A DNA stretch of 64,000 nucleotides from Bacteroidota bacterium (GCA_030528745.1 JAUMYH010000001.1:32622-96621), one strand, 5' to 3'; shown: positions 31,123-42,539, numbered from the stretch's first letter. Made by a program: numbers and translations. The notes: a model not told the origin generated them from the letters alone.

Positions 31123-31950
31123 ATGGCAAAATCTGCTCTTTTGAAGTCATCATTAGCTAAGAAGTATTGGATGGCTATTACAGGTTTGTTTCTATGTGTA
31201 TTTTTGGTAGGGCATTTAGTTGGAAACCTGCAACTCATTTACGGAACTCCTTTACAGTTCAATCAGTACGCATATTTTATGACTACTAATCCTGCTGTTA
31301 AGGTTTTATCTTATCTTACCTATTTTTCAATTTTGTTTCACGCTGTAGATGGTATTGTTCTTACTATTCAGAACAGAAAAGCTCGTCCTATTAGGTATGC
31401 TAAAGAAAACGCTGCCGCTAATAGCAAATGGGCTTCTCGAAACATGGCTGTACTCGGAACGTTGATTCTGGTGTTCATTGCCTCGCATATGGTTCATTTT
31501 TGGGCAAAAATGCACTTTTCAGAAATGCCTTTACAATCTCAAACCATTGTTACTCCTATGGGCGAATTAAAGATTTACAATACCACTAACGGAGGTTTTG
31601 TTGATGCTCAACAGATTGAAATGGGAGCTTTTGAACTTAAAAATGGAACTGATTTCTACATTGCTGGTTCTGACGAAGTTATATACGCTAAAGGTTACAA
31701 AGACTTGTACAAAATTACGATAGATTTCTTTAAAGATGAAAAATTAGGTCTTTTGTACACCATATTTTATGTGTTGTCAATGGTGGTACTCGGATTCCAT
31801 TTGTATCACGGATTTGCTAGTTCATTCCAATCATTGGGAGCTACAACACCTAAATACAACACTATTATCAAAAACATAGGTACAGTATTTGCTATTATTG
31901 TACCTCTTTTATTTGCAATTATTCCTATTTACATTCGTTTTCTCATCTAA
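31123..31950 (+). CDS. sdhC: Succinate dehydrogenase/fumarate reductase cytochrome b subunit (Bacteroidota b558-type)
   Basis: 275 aa, 5-TM membrane protein, immediately upstream of sdhA and sdhB. Confidence 0.75.
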   Translation: MAKSALLKSSLAKKYWMAITGLFLCVFLVGHLVGNLQLIYGTPLQFNQYAYFMTTNPAVKVLSYLTYFSILFHAVDGIVLTIQNRKARPIRYAKENAAANSKWASRNMAVLGTLILVFIASHMVHFWAKMHFSEMPLQSQTIVTPMGELKIYNTTNGGFVDAQQIEMGAFELKNGTDFYIAGSDEVIYAKGYKDLYKITIDFFKDEKLGLLYTIFYVLSMVVLGFHLYHGFASSFQSLGATTPKYNTIIKNIGTVFAIIVPLLFAIIPIYIRFLI

Positions 31951-31964
31951 AAATATAATGTATT

Positions 31965-33965
31965 ATGACATTAGATAATAAAATTCCAAAAGGTCCTATA
32001 GCTACTAAATGGACTGACTATAAATCAAAAATAAATTTGGTAAACCCTGCCAACAAGCGTAATATTGATGTAATTGTGGTAGGTACGGGACTTGCTGGTG
32101 GTTCAGCCGCAGCTACCCTAGCCGAATTAGGATATAACGTAAAGGCTTTTTGCTTTCAAGATTCGCCTCGTAGAGCACACTCAATTGCTGCTCAAGGAGG
32201 TATAAATGCAGCTAAAAACTATCAAGGAGATGGTGATTCTACTTATAGATTATTTTACGATACTGTAAAAGGTGGTGATTACCGAGCTCGTGAGGCTAAC
32301 GTATATCGTTTGGCAGAGGTTTCTGCAAATATCATTGACCAATGTGTTGCTCAAGGAGTGCCTTTAGCTCGAGAATATGGAGGTTTGTTGGACAACAGAT
32401 CGTTCGGAGGTACGTTGGTATCTCGTACTTTCTATGCCAAAGGTCAGACAGGGCAACAATTACTACTTGGAGCTTATTCTGCCATGAACAGACAAATTGG
32501 ACGTGGTAAAATCAAAATGTACAACCGTCATGAAATGCTTGACATCGTAATTGTTGATGGTAAAGCTCGTGGTATCATTGCTCGTAACCTCGTAACTGGG
32601 GAGATTGAACGTCATTCGGCTCACGCAGTGGTATTGGGTACTGGTGGATATGGTAACGTATTCTTCTTATCTACCAATGCTATGGGGTCTAATGTAACAG
32701 CTGCTTGGAAAATACACAAAAAAGGTGCTTACTTTGCTAACCCTTGTTATACGCAAATCCACCCTACTTGTATTCCTGTATCTGGAGATCATCAATCAAA
32801 ATTAACCCTTATGTCTGAATCGTTACGTAACGATGGTCGTATTTGGGTGCCTAAAAAACTCGAAGATGCTCAAGCTATCAGAGAAGGAAGACTAAAACCA
32901 ACTCAAATTAAGGAAGAAGACAGAGATTACTACCTCGAGCGTAGATACCCTTCGTTTGGTAATTTGGTGCCTCGTGATGTGGCATCACGTGCAGCCAAAG
33001 AACGTTGCGATGCTGGGTTTGGTGTAAATAAAACAGGGGAGGCTGTGTATCTTGATTTTGCTTCGGCTATACAACGTTATGGTAAAGAACAAGCTCGTAT
33101 CAAACACTTGGACGAAAACGATGCCAAATTAGTTTACAAACTCGGAAAAGCTGTAGTGGAAAACAAGTATGGTAACCTATTCCAGATGTATGAAAAAATT
33201 GTAGATGAAAATCCATACGAAACCCCTATGATGATATACCCTGCAGTACACTATACTATGGGTGGTATTTGGGTAGATTACAACTTAATGAGTACAATAC
33301 CAGGGTGTTATGTTATTGGAGAGGCAAACTTCTCGGATCACGGAGCTAACAGATTAGGAGCTTCTGCCCTAATGCAAGGATTGGCTGATGGTTATTTTGT
33401 ACTGCCTTATACTATTGGTGATTACTTGTCTAAAGAAATACGTACTGGTAAAATTCCGACCAACACACCAGAATTTGATCAGGCTGAAGAAAATGTAAGA
33501 AAACAAATTGACTTTTTTATGAATAACAATGGTAAACATTCTGTTGATTATTTTCATAAAAAACTAGGTAAGGTAATGTGGAACAAAGTAGGTATGGCTC
33601 GTAATGCCCAAGGACTTACTGAAGCTATGGATGAAATTAAAGCTATCAGAGAAGAGTTCTATAGAGATGTAAAAGTTCCTGGTACTGCTAATGGATTTAA
33701 TCAAGAACTTGAAAAAGCACTTAGAGTAGCTGACTTCCTAGAGTTAGGGGAATTGTTTGCTAAAGATGCCCTTCATCGTAACGAATCTTGTGGAGGACAT
33801 TTTAGAGAAGAATATCAAACTGAAGAAGGTGAGGCTCAACGTGATGATGCAAACTTTGCTTATGTAGCGGCTTGGGAATATACTGGTAATCCTCGCGAGG
33901 CTATTCTGCACAAAGAAAACCTTACTTTTGATGACATTAAACTCGTACAAAGAAGTTATAAATAA
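31965..33965 (+). CDS. sdhA: Succinate dehydrogenase/fumarate reductase flavoprotein subunit
   Basis: FAD-binding [13 protein letters not shown], the covalent-FAD histidine region SIAAQGGIN, and catalytic HYTMGGI. Confidence 0.9.
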   Translation: MTLDNKIPKGPIATKWTDYKSKINLVNPANKRNIDVIVVGTGLAGGSAAATLAELGYNVKAFCFQDSPRRAHSIAAQGGINAAKNYQGDGDSTYRLFYDTVKGGDYRAREANVYRLAEVSANIIDQCVAQGVPLAREYGGLLDNRSFGGTLVSRTFYAKGQTGQQLLLGAYSAMNRQIGRGKIKMYNRHEMLDIVIVDGKARGIIARNLVTGEIERHSAHAVVLGTGGYGNVFFLSTNAMGSNVTAAWKIHKKGAYFANPCYTQIHPTCIPVSGDHQSKLTLMSESLRNDGRIWVPKKLEDAQAIREGRLKPTQIKEEDRDYYLERRYPSFGNLVPRDVASRAAKERCDAGFGVNKTGEAVYLDFASAIQRYGKEQARIKHLDENDAKLVYKLGKAVVENKYGNLFQMYEKIVDENPYETPMMIYPAVHYTMGGIWVDYNLMSTIPGCYVIGEANFSDHGANRLGASALMQGLADGYFVLPYTIGDYLSKEIRTGKIPTNTPEFDQAEENVRKQIDFFMNNNGKHSVDYFHKKLGKVMWNKVGMARNAQGLTEAMDEIKAIREEFYRDVKVPGTANGFNQELEKALRVADFLELGELFAKDALHRNESCGGHFREEYQTEEGEAQRDDANFAYVAAWEYTGNPREAILHKENLTFDDIKLVQRSYK

Positions 33966-34001
33966 TCTCTTTGTAAAATCTTAATCCTAAATACGATACA
34001 G

Positions 34002-34748
34002 ATGAAACTTACACTTAAAATATGGCGTCAAAAAAACGCACAAGATAAAGGAAAATTGGTTGATTATAAAATTGACAATGTTTCTCCTGATATGTCTTTT
34101 CTAGAAATGTTAGATGTACTTAACGAACAGCTTATCAATCAGGGCGATGATCCTGTTGCTTTTGATCACGATTGTCGTGAAGGAATCTGCGGAATGTGTT
34201 CTTTATTTATAAACGGTGAGGCTCACGGTCCTGATAGAGGAATTACCACTTGTCAGTTGCATATGCGTATGTTTAAAGATGGGGATACTATCTATATTGA
34301 ACCTTTTAGAGCCAAAGCCTTTCCTGTTATTAAAGATTTGGTTGTAGATCGTTCAGCTTTTGATAGAATTCAACATGCAGGAGGTTTTATATCGGTTAAT
34401 ACCTCTGGTAATACGCAAGATGCTAACGCAATTCCTATACGTAAAGAAGATGCCGACAAGGCTTTTGATGCAGCTACTTGTATTGGGTGTGGAGCTTGTG
34501 TAGCTACTTGTAAAAACTCTTCAGCTATGCTTTACGTATCTGCTAAAGTATCTCAGTTTGCTCTTCTGCCACAAGGTAAAGTTGAGGCAGTGGAACGTGT
34601 GCTGAACATGGTTAATCAAATGGACGAAGAAGGATTCGGTAATTGTACCAATACAGGAGCTTGTGAGGTTGAATGTCCGAAAGGAATATCTCTTGAAAAT
34701 ATAGCTCGTATGAACAGAGAATACCTCAAAGCCAGTTTAATTAAATAA
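34002..34748 (+). CDS. sdhB: Succinate dehydrogenase/fumarate reductase iron-sulfur subunit
   Basis: 2Fe-2S cluster cysteines CREGICGMC and 4Fe-4S clusters [11 protein letters not shown] / [12 protein letters not shown]. Confidence 0.9.
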   Translation: MKLTLKIWRQKNAQDKGKLVDYKIDNVSPDMSFLEMLDVLNEQLINQGDDPVAFDHDCREGICGMCSLFINGEAHGPDRGITTCQLHMRMFKDGDTIYIEPFRAKAFPVIKDLVVDRSAFDRIQHAGGFISVNTSGNTQDANAIPIRKEDADKAFDAATCIGCGACVATCKNSSAMLYVSAKVSQFALLPQGKVEAVERVLNMVNQMDEEGFGNCTNTGACEVECPKGISLENIARMNREYLKASLIK

Positions 34749-34772
34749 AATTGTGTTTTCATAAATGTAGAG

Positions 34773-34810
34773 AAGCTGTCTGATATTTTTCGGACAGCTT
34801 TTTGTTTTTG
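34773..34810 (+). terminator. Intrinsic terminator after sdhB
   Basis: aagctgtc...gacagctt 8-bp stem followed by tttgtttttg. Confidence 0.6.
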
Positions 34811-34912
34811 AATTCATCTCGACTTTTCGTTTTGTTTGAATTTTCTGAATCTAAGACCATAAAAGCGAGATAATTGGAATCTAACCAGCTCTTACGATAG
34901 TATCAGAACGAT

Positions 34913-35258
34913 TTATTTTTTTAAAATTTCTATCCAACAAGTCTGCATAGCTTCTTCTTTACACCATTTTCGGTAATGTCCAAACACGGTTTTGTAACTC
35001 GGAACAACCTCTGAAAATAGTTGTTCCATAGGCAAAAAAGCCCATTGAACACCCGTTTTTAACTTATATAAAATACAGTTAATAATCTCACTAACAGGTG
35101 CTTTTCATTTAAATCCTCTTTTTCTTTTAGGTAGATGTGGGATAATTTCTCTTTCTATCGTATCTTTGTCCAGTACTACAAACAAGGTTTTAGGTTTTTA
35201 TGTTTTTCCACCACAAAAATCGTAATTCCTTGTTTGTTTTCAAAAAGTCAAGATAGGC
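34913..35258 (-). pseudogene. IS5-family transposase N-terminal (DUF4096) remnant with an in-frame TGA, 3'-truncated, copy B
   Basis: The minus strand reads ...VVLDKDTIEREIIPHLPKRKRGFK*KAPVSEIINCILYKLKTGVQWAFLPMEQLFSEVVPSYKTVFGHYRKWCKEEAMQTCWIEILKK*. This aligns motif-for-motif with LTDEQWxxIEPLLP...NAVLWVLRTGAPWRDLP...PWKTVYSRFRRW of IS5/IS1182 transposases. It has no start codon and no DDE domain. Confidence 0.7.
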
Positions 35259-35420
35259 TCATTGAAAATTGAAATTCAAAAAATGAAAAACACATTTGAT
35301 GAAAACACCTCAATAAAACCGAAATGCAAACGATAAAATTTCAGTTTTTTTGTGTTTTGTGGGAGATAAGAATGCTTTTTGAAGTTTGGAGAGGACATAC
35401 CAACCTCACAATAAATAATT

Positions 35421-37076
35421 TTACAGATATTCAAAGTAATTTTTTAGAACCAAATCATTTACCTCGGTAGGTGTTTTAATCTCTAAAATAGTTTTGGTTG
35501 TGGTGCTGAAAAAGTTTTTGAGAGCATCTTCCAAACAAGAGTATTGGTCAATTATATGATAATCAAAATGATACATTTGAGCGAGATAACCAGCTTCGAG
35601 GTTGTGCTGTGTTTCGAAATAGGTGCTAAAGGTTTCGTTTTTTTGATGTCCTGGTAATATTCTGAAAATGCCTCCACCAGAGTTATTGATAATGATGATT
35701 TTGAAATTTGTGGGGATATAATTGTTCCAAAGAGCGTTACTGTCATAAAAGAAGCTAATATCTCCAGTGATTAGTATAGTAGGTTTAGGGTTAAATATGG
35801 ACGCTCCGATGGCGGTGGAAGTACTTCCGTCAATACCACTAGTACCTCGGTTACAAAATATTTCTATAGATGGGTGTAAATCAAAAAGTTGTACATACCG
35901 AATGGGAGAACTATTACTAATTTGTAGATGAATATTTTGAGGTAATAGTTCGCATATTTTACCAAAAACAGTTAAATCCGAATAAGGAGCAGTTTCAATG
36001 AATTTGTTGTGTTTTTGTATCCGAAGTGTATTTAGTTGATTTATGGCGTTTTGGTAATTGCTATCTACAGATATAGTTTTCTGATTAAATAGCAGTTTAA
36101 AGAAGGTATTTGCCTCAACCTTAATATGATGCGTAAGACAACCAAAAGTATCATAAGCACACAACGGATTGATGTGCCAGTGTTGTTTAGGGGTATATTT
36201 CCGAAGGTATGTTTTGATTCGTTTTGATACCAACATTCCTCCTATGGTAATTAGTAATTCGGGTCGAAAATGTTCAAAATCTTCATCAGTAAACGGCGTG
36301 ATGAGTTGGTCTATTTTGTCAAAAATAGCTTTGTGATGTATGTTTGAATTTTTTTCCGATAGTACTACAACACTAGGGTCTTTTGATAATTTTTCAAGAA
36401 TATTCGCATTGATAGTATTGGGCGAATTTTCACCAAAAATGATTAGTTTTTTGGACGTTTTATTCCAAGTTTCGACAAATGGAAAAATATCAAATTTATC
36501 CGTTATTCTATCATTAATATATGTGTTAGAATATATTTCTACAGATGGAGAATTTACAATATTATAAAGAGGTTCTTCAAAAGGAACGTTGATATGTACA
36601 GGTCCTTTATTTGCGATAGCGGTATCAATTGCCTTACAGAAATGAGCGTCATTTTCAATTCCAGCTTGTTCCGTAAGGTTAGCATTGTATAAGGAGTGGT
36701 TAGCAAATACATTTTCTTGTCTGATGGTTTGTCCGTCTCCGATGTCTATTTTGTGTTTGGGTCTGTCGGCAGAGATTACTATCAGCGGAATATGAGCATA
36801 GAAGGCCTCCGCAACAGCAGGGTAGTAATTCAATAGGGCAGAACCAGAAGTACATACCACAATAACGGGTTGTTTGGTTTGTTGTGCTATTCCTAAAGCA
36901 AAAAATGCAGCACAACGTTCGTCCACAATACTATAACAAGTAAAATAATTATCAGCCGTAAATCCGATAGTAAGCGGAGCATTTCGACTACCAGGTGAGA
37001 TAACGATATGACGAATATTTTTTTGTTTAGAAAGTAATATAATACTTTGAGCTAAAGGTATTTGTGGATAAACCAT
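35421..37076 (-). CDS. menD: 2-succinyl-5-enolpyruvyl-6-hydroxy-3-cyclohexene-1-carboxylate synthase (ThDP-dependent)
   Basis: 551 aa. N-terminal PGSRNAPL and a ThDP-binding GDISFFYDSNAL...NNSGGGIF motif, as in MenD. Confidence 0.8.
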   Translation of the reverse strand: MVYPQIPLAQSIILLSKQKNIRHIVISPGSRNAPLTIGFTADNYFTCYSIVDERCAAFFALGIAQQTKQPVIVVCTSGSALLNYYPAVAEAFYAHIPLIVISADRPKHKIDIGDGQTIRQENVFANHSLYNANLTEQAGIENDAHFCKAIDTAIANKGPVHINVPFEEPLYNIVNSPSVEIYSNTYINDRITDKFDIFPFVETWNKTSKKLIIFGENSPNTINANILEKLSKDPSVVVLSEKNSNIHHKAIFDKIDQLITPFTDEDFEHFRPELLITIGGMLVSKRIKTYLRKYTPKQHWHINPLCAYDTFGCLTHHIKVEANTFFKLLFNQKTISVDSNYQNAINQLNTLRIQKHNKFIETAPYSDLTVFGKICELLPQNIHLQISNSSPIRYVQLFDLHPSIEIFCNRGTSGIDGSTSTAIGASIFNPKPTILITGDISFFYDSNALWNNYIPTNFKIIIINNSGGGIFRILPGHQKNETFSTYFETQHNLEAGYLAQMYHFDYHIIDQYSCLEDALKNFFSTTTKTILEIKTPTEVNDLVLKNYFEYL

Positions 37077-37084
37077 TTGAAAGA

Positions 37085-38428
37085 TTATTTTGTAAATGCT
37101 TTAATCAGGTCGTTACCATTGGCAAATAACAACAATGCTATAAGAATGAAAAATCCTATCATTTGAGCCTTTTCCAAGAATTTTTCACTCGGTTTACGTC
37201 CAGTAATAATTTCAAACATCAAAAACATAACATGTCCGCCGTCTAGTGCTGGTATTGGCAGTAAGTTCATCACACCAAGCATAATAGAAAGTATTGCAGT
37301 AATGTTCCAAAATACCTCCCATGACCATGTTTGAGGAAAAATATCGTAAATAGATTTGAATCCGCCCACTCCTTTGTAAGCACCAGTTGAAGGGTTAGCT
37401 ATTTTTTTGAGTTGATTCCAATAGCTTCCCAAACGTTCAAATCCTTTGTTAATTCCGATAGGAATGGCTTCCATAAAGCTAGGATTTTTACGAACCACAG
37501 GATATAGGTTGATTTTTTCAAGATCCGAAAGTCCAATCATCGAAGCGTAGGCAATGCCTATTTTACCCTCTTGATTTATATTAAGTTCGATGTTTACTTC
37601 TTTGTTATCACGAAGTACAGTAGCATTAACAGTTTGGTTTTTAGCGTTTTCCAAAACCTGAGGTAACTGGTCTACATAATCTATTGGTGTGTTATTGATA
37701 GATTTGATAATATCTTTAGGTTTAAGAGCGTCGAAATTTTTTGACTCTTCAGATACAGCTGTAACTACACAAGGTATACGCAGTCCTACAATATTTCTGG
37801 ATTGATTATCAACCACTTGACCTATCATATCCTTAGGCGTATTTACAACCAACTCTTGTCCGTTCCGATTTACTACAATCTGATTACTAAGCAGAATTTT
37901 CTCGGGCAATTCAAAAAAACTATCGACTGATTTTCCGTCTACTGTTACAATTTTATCCCCAGTTTTAAGACCTGCCTCTTCTAATATTGGATTATTGACC
38001 CATATACCATCTTTTAAAGACTCGTTTTTGATGTCCAATTCTCCGTACACAAAAGCTATTCCTATATATATTACAAAAGCCAGTATAAAATTTACGGTAA
38101 CTCCCCCAAGCATTATGATAAGCCTCTGCCAAGCGGGTTTAGAACGAAATTCCCAAGGTTCAGGGTCTTTTTTGAGTTGTTCCGTATCCATACTTTCATC
38201 AACCATACCTGCAATTTTGACATATCCGCCCAAAGGCAACCAGCCAATACCATATACGGTTTCGCCAATTTTCTTTTTAAACAAGGAAAATTTAACATCA
38301 AAAAAGAGATAAAATTTTTCAACTTTAGTTTTGAACAATTTGGCAGGGATAAAGTGTCCAAGTTCGTGAAGTATAATTAATAAAGAAAAACTCAATATAA
38401 ATTGAGATATTTTGATTAAAATTTCCAT
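37085..38428 (-). CDS. rseP: RIP site-2 zinc metalloprotease RseP
   Basis: HELGHF at residues 21-26, PDZ domains, and a C-terminal TM region with NLLPIPALDGG. Confidence 0.9.
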   Translation of the reverse strand: MEILIKISQFILSFSLLIILHELGHFIPAKLFKTKVEKFYLFFDVKFSLFKKKIGETVYGIGWLPLGGYVKIAGMVDESMDTEQLKKDPEPWEFRSKPAWQRLIIMLGGVTVNFILAFVIYIGIAFVYGELDIKNESLKDGIWVNNPILEEAGLKTGDKIVTVDGKSVDSFFELPEKILLSNQIVVNRNGQELVVNTPKDMIGQVVDNQSRNIVGLRIPCVVTAVSEESKNFDALKPKDIIKSINNTPIDYVDQLPQVLENAKNQTVNATVLRDNKEVNIELNINQEGKIGIAYASMIGLSDLEKINLYPVVRKNPSFMEAIPIGINKGFERLGSYWNQLKKIANPSTGAYKGVGGFKSIYDIFPQTWSWEVFWNITAILSIMLGVMNLLPIPALDGGHVMFLMFEIITGRKPSEKFLEKAQMIGFFILIALLLFANGNDLIKAFTK

Positions 38429-38773
38429 GATTAGAATGTGTTTTTTTTAAAGAGAGCAAATTTAAAAGTTTTACTTATATAAAATCAAAATATTTTATTA
38501 AATCTTTTTATTTGCATTGAAAAATCTGATGTTTGAAACCAGAAGAATTACCATCTGGGTTTAGGGTATTTTGTTTTTTTAAGCGTTTTTTAAAGAAAAA
38601 GATGTGCGTTTAAGGTACAAAATAGAACTTTCCAAACAGACTAACTAGTATGAAACTTTGTTGATGATTAAATATTTTTGAAAAAAGATAGGGTAATATT
38701 TTTATATTTTGATATATAGTTGTATTTTCGCAGACCAAAAATAAATAGATTTTTAAATAAATTTAGAACAAAA

Positions 38774-40879
38774 ATGGCAGTTTTATCAAAAATTAGAAAG
38801 CGTTCAATTTTAGTTATTGCGGTAGTAGGAATTGCTCTTTCTGCCTTTGTTATTGGAGATGTTATTCAGAGTGGAGGCTTCGGTAACTCAGGAAGGTATG
38901 TAGGGTCTGTTAATGGAAAAGATATTTCTACAGATCAGTTTAGGTTTAGAGTAGCTAACATGGAGCAACAAAATCAAGGGATTTCGAGAGTTATGGTGTC
39001 GAATTCTGTTTGGGGGCAAGAGGTGAAAAATGTACTTTATCAAGAACAGTTTGACAAACTTGGACTTCGTGCTGGTAAGGCTCAGATTGAAGGAACTATA
39101 GAGCAAAGTGGTAATCAAATGTTCTTAGATGAGGTGGGTAAGTTTGATCAACAAAAATTTAATGATTATGTTGAGTTGCTCAAAACACAAAGTCCTCAGT
39201 GGAGAATGATTTTAGATGATTATCAACAACAACTAGAAAATTTCTCGCGTGAGCAAACCTATAACACACTCGTAAAAGCGGGTATGTATACCACCAATTT
39301 GGAAGGAAAGTATCAATACGAAAGAGATGCCGATAAGGTAAACTTTGATTATGTGATGATTCCTTACACTACTATTAATGATGATCAGGTAAAAGTTACC
39401 GATCAGGACATAGTAGATTATATGAGTAAGAGAAAGAGACAATACAAAGGGGAGGACTCTAGAGATTTCGAATATGTATTCTTGCAAAGTAAGGCTTCAG
39501 ATGAGGATATAAAAGAAATCGAAGAAAAGGTAGCTTCGTATCTAAAGCCGCGTACAATATATAATGAGACAACCAAACAAAACGAAACTCAGCCTGGCTT
39601 TAAAGAAGTACAAGATTTGAAAGATTTTGTAAATGCAAATTCGGATGTACCTTTTAAAGAGGAATATCAGTTCCAAAAAAATCTTCCAATTACGTTTAAA
39701 GATTCGGTAGGATTTGTTTCTAATATCTATAAGGATAACGATTATATAAAACTTTCTAGAGTGGTCGATTCTAGAGTAGTAGCTGATTCGGTTAAGTCGA
39801 GTCATATCATTATTCCTTATCAAGGTTCGGAGCGTTCGGTATCGACAATAACCAAGGAAGAGGCTAAAAAACAAGCCGACAGTATTTACAATATAGTTAA
39901 AGATAATTCAGCTAAATTTGCTGAAGTGGCAAACCAAATCAATACGGACGGAACAAAGGGTAATGGTGGAGATATTGGTTGGATTCTGTATTCTCAAATT
40001 ACTTATGATACTTTTGATAAGGATTTTGCTGAATTTATATTCTTTAATCCTAAAGGTTCGGTTAAAGTAGTAGGTACTAAATTTGGCTACCACATCATAA
40101 AGATAGATGACGTAGGTACTAGATATAAAGCGTTTCAGTTGGCTACTATAGCTAAAGAAATAGAACCATCGACAACTACCAATGATCAGTTGTATGTATT
40201 GTCGCAAAAAATAGAAGCTGATGCTCAAACCAAATCATTAGAAGAATTGGCTAAAGAAAACAACTTGAACCTTGTACCTATAAATGGTATTACAGCTATC
40301 GAAGAGAATATTCAAGGTATTGGTAATCAAAGAGCTATAGTACAATGGGCTTTTGAAAAAGGAACGAAAAAAGACGATGTTAAACGTTTTGATATAGCAG
40401 AGGGACACGTGATAGCAAAACTTAAAAATGTTAATAAATTAGGGTTGCAGTCTGTAGAACGTGTAAGAGCTATGGTTGAACCTATTATCAGAAACGAAAG
40501 AAAAGCAGCTCTGATTATGGAGAAATTACAGAAAGGTACTGATTTGGAGGCTATTGCTAAGGCAAATAACGAAACTGTTCGTACTGCTACAGGGGTTAGT
40601 TTGTTGAATCCAAATTTGGTTGGTGTTGGTCAAGAAGTTAAGGTAGTGGCTACAGCAGTTGCAACTCCTGCCAATCAGGTATCGAATCCTATCGAGGGTA
40701 AAATGGGCGTATTTTTCGTGAAAACACAAAGTTTTGTAAAAGCTCCAGAATTACCAAGCTATTTGATGTATGCTTCGAGAGCTAACCAACAAGCTAAAAA
40801 CACAGTTTCAAACAGAATATTTGTTTCTCTTAGAGATAATGCTGAAATAGAAGATAAAAGAATTCAGTTAGGTTTCTAA
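38774..40879 (+). CDS. Periplasmic peptidyl-prolyl cis-trans isomerase / chaperone (PpiD/SurA-like)
   Basis: N-terminal TM anchor, SurA-N-like domain, and parvulin rotamase block GDIGWILYSQITYDTFDKDFAEFIF...GYHIIKI. The start is taken at MAVLSKIRKRS. Confidence 0.75.
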   Translation: MAVLSKIRKRSILVIAVVGIALSAFVIGDVIQSGGFGNSGRYVGSVNGKDISTDQFRFRVANMEQQNQGISRVMVSNSVWGQEVKNVLYQEQFDKLGLRAGKAQIEGTIEQSGNQMFLDEVGKFDQQKFNDYVELLKTQSPQWRMILDDYQQQLENFSREQTYNTLVKAGMYTTNLEGKYQYERDADKVNFDYVMIPYTTINDDQVKVTDQDIVDYMSKRKRQYKGEDSRDFEYVFLQSKASDEDIKEIEEKVASYLKPRTIYNETTKQNETQPGFKEVQDLKDFVNANSDVPFKEEYQFQKNLPITFKDSVGFVSNIYKDNDYIKLSRVVDSRVVADSVKSSHIIIPYQGSERSVSTITKEEAKKQADSIYNIVKDNSAKFAEVANQINTDGTKGNGGDIGWILYSQITYDTFDKDFAEFIFFNPKGSVKVVGTKFGYHIIKIDDVGTRYKAFQLATIAKEIEPSTTTNDQLYVLSQKIEADAQTKSLEELAKENNLNLVPINGITAIEENIQGIGNQRAIVQWAFEKGTKKDDVKRFDIAEGHVIAKLKNVNKLGLQSVERVRAMVEPIIRNERKAALIMEKLQKGTDLEAIAKANNETVRTATGVSLLNPNLVGVGQEVKVVATAVATPANQVSNPIEGKMGVFFVKTQSFVKAPELPSYLMYASRANQQAKNTVSNRIFVSLRDNAEIEDKRIQLGF

Positions 40880-40900
40880 AATAGAACATTATAAAACCAA

Positions 40901-40935
40901 AAAATCCAATCTGATAAGGTTGGATTTTTTGGTTT
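40901..40935 (+). terminator. Intrinsic terminator after the PPIase gene
   Basis: aaaatccaa...ttggatttt 9-bp stem followed by a T-rich tail. Confidence 0.6.
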
Positions 40936-41038
40936 ATATCGGTGTTGTTATAATTTTAGAGCTTAAAGAAGAAAAAACACCTAAAATGTTTTGGTAAAAA
41001 ATAAGCAAACTTTTGAAAGGAAATCAAAAGAGCGAATC

Positions 41039-41626
41039 TTACTCATTGATTTGGAATCCACTCAATATCAGAGCAAATACGGAATAATTTATAATATCCT
41101 GAAAATTAGCAATCAATCCTTCTGATACAATGGTTTTGCCTTTATTGTCTTCGATTTGTTTAACACGTAATAATTTTTGTAAGATTAAATCCGTAATGGA
41201 ACTGATACGTAGTAAACGCCAAGCCTCTCCATAGTCATGATTTTTGTCTTGCATTAATTTTTTGGTTGATTGTATAATATTATCGTAAAGAGTTACCGCC
41301 TCTTCAGATGAAATTTCGTCCGTAATTTGCGATTCTAATTGAATGATAGCCATAACGCTATAATTGATTATGCCTACAAATTCGATATTTTCGTCTTCAT
41401 TTATTTTACTATAGCCATTTTCCTGTAAGGTTCGGATTCGCAGAGCTTTAATATAAATTTGGTCGGTAATAGAGGACGGACGAAGTATACGCCACGAAGT
41501 TCCATAATCTTGATTTTTAGCGATATAAAGATTACGACAATAGTCTATAATTTTTGAATATTCTGTAGAAGTTTGGTTCATGATGTTTGTTTTAGTTCTG
41601 ATTTTCAATACTTTGGTATGCAGCAA
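41039..41626 (-). CDS. DUF1599-like (Nmad1-type) protein with internal tandem duplication
   Basis: Two about 60-aa repeats: QDYGTSWRILRPSSITDQIYIKALRIRTLQENG...IINYSVMAII and HDYGEAWRLLRISSITDLILQKLLRVKQIEDN...IINYSVFALI. Confidence 0.5.
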   Translation of the reverse strand: MLHTKVLKIRTKTNIMNQTSTEYSKIIDYCRNLYIAKNQDYGTSWRILRPSSITDQIYIKALRIRTLQENGYSKINEDENIEFVGIINYSVMAIIQLESQITDEISSEEAVTLYDNIIQSTKKLMQDKNHDYGEAWRLLRISSITDLILQKLLRVKQIEDNKGKTIVSEGLIANFQDIINYSVFALILSGFQINE

Positions 41627-42539
41627 TAATTTTTTTGACTAATCTATGACGTACAACATCTTTATCATCTAAGAAAATAATCTGGATTCCTTCAATGTTT
41701 TTTAATATGGACAGTGCTTCTTTAAGTCCCGAAACAGTTTTTCTAGGTAAATCTATTTGTCCAGGGTCGCCAGTGATTATAAATTTTGCATTTTTTCCCA
41801 TTCGGGTCAAAAACATCTTCATTTGAGAATGCGTGGTATTTTGAGCCTCATCAAGTATTACAAAGGCATTGTCCAAGGTACGTCCACGCATAAAAGCCAA
41901 AGGAGCTATTTGAATAATTCCCTTCTGAATATAATTGTCCAATTTTTCGTGGGGTATCATATCCCGAAGTGCGTCATATAGCGGTTGCATATACGGATCG
42001 AGTTTTTCCTTCATATCACCAGGCAAAAAACCTAAATTTTCACCAGCTTCAACGGCAGGACGCGTTAGGATAATTCGTTTTACTTGCTTTTCTTTAAGGG
42101 CTTTAACCGCCATAGCAACACCAGTATAAGTCTTTCCAGTTCCCGCAGGGCCAATGGCAAAAATCATGTCGTTTTGAGTGATTCCATCGACCATTTTTTG
42201 CTGATTGGGCGTAATGGCTTTGATGAGTTTGCCTCCTACGCCATGTACTAGTATGTCGTCTTTTAAGATGTTTTTCTGCTCTAGATGATCACTCATAACG
42301 AGTCTTTCAACTACATTTTCATCGAGTTTATTATATCGAATAAAATAATTAACAAGCCTTTGGAGTTGTTTTTCAAAATTATCTAAAATGTCATTTTCTC
42401 CAAAAACCTTGATTAAGTTACCTCTAACGACAATCTTGAGTTTAGGAAATAATCCTTTGAGTACCTCAAGATTTGTTTGATTTTGACCCCAAAAATCGAC
42501 GGTGTCAATGTCTTCTAATTCTATTACTCTCTCGTTCAA
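41592..42539 (-). CDS. phoH: PhoH-family ATPase
   Basis: Walker A AIGPAGTGKTYTGVAMAV and the conserved PhoH C-terminal region; 315 aa. Confidence 0.85.
   Translation of the reverse strand: MNERVIELEDIDTVDFWGQNQTNLEVLKGLFPKLKIVVRGNLIKVFGENDILDNFEKQLQRLVNYFIRYNKLDENVVERLVMSDHLEQKNILKDDILVHGVGGKLIKAITPNQQKMVDGITQNDMIFAIGPAGTGKTYTGVAMAVKALKEKQVKRIILTRPAVEAGENLGFLPGDMKEKLDPYMQPLYDALRDMIPHEKLDNYIQKGIIQIAPLAFMRGRTLDNAFVILDEAQNTTHSQMKMFLTRMGKNAKFIITGDPGQIDLPRKTVSGLKEALSILKNIEGIQIIFLDDKDVVRHRLVKKIIAAYQSIENQN

Noticed and set aside
34950-35100. Small minus-strand ORF MGFFAYGTTIFRGCSELQNRVWTLPKMV
   Set aside because: It lies in an alternative frame within the IS5-family transposase remnant. The true coding frame of that segment is the DUF4096 frame, so this is not an independent gene.
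41592-41626. 35-bp overlap of phoH and DUF1599 as a sign of a programmed frameshift or fusion
   Set aside because: The overlap probably comes from taking the longest ORF. The DUF1599-like gene likely starts at a later Met, which leaves a normal small overlap or gap.
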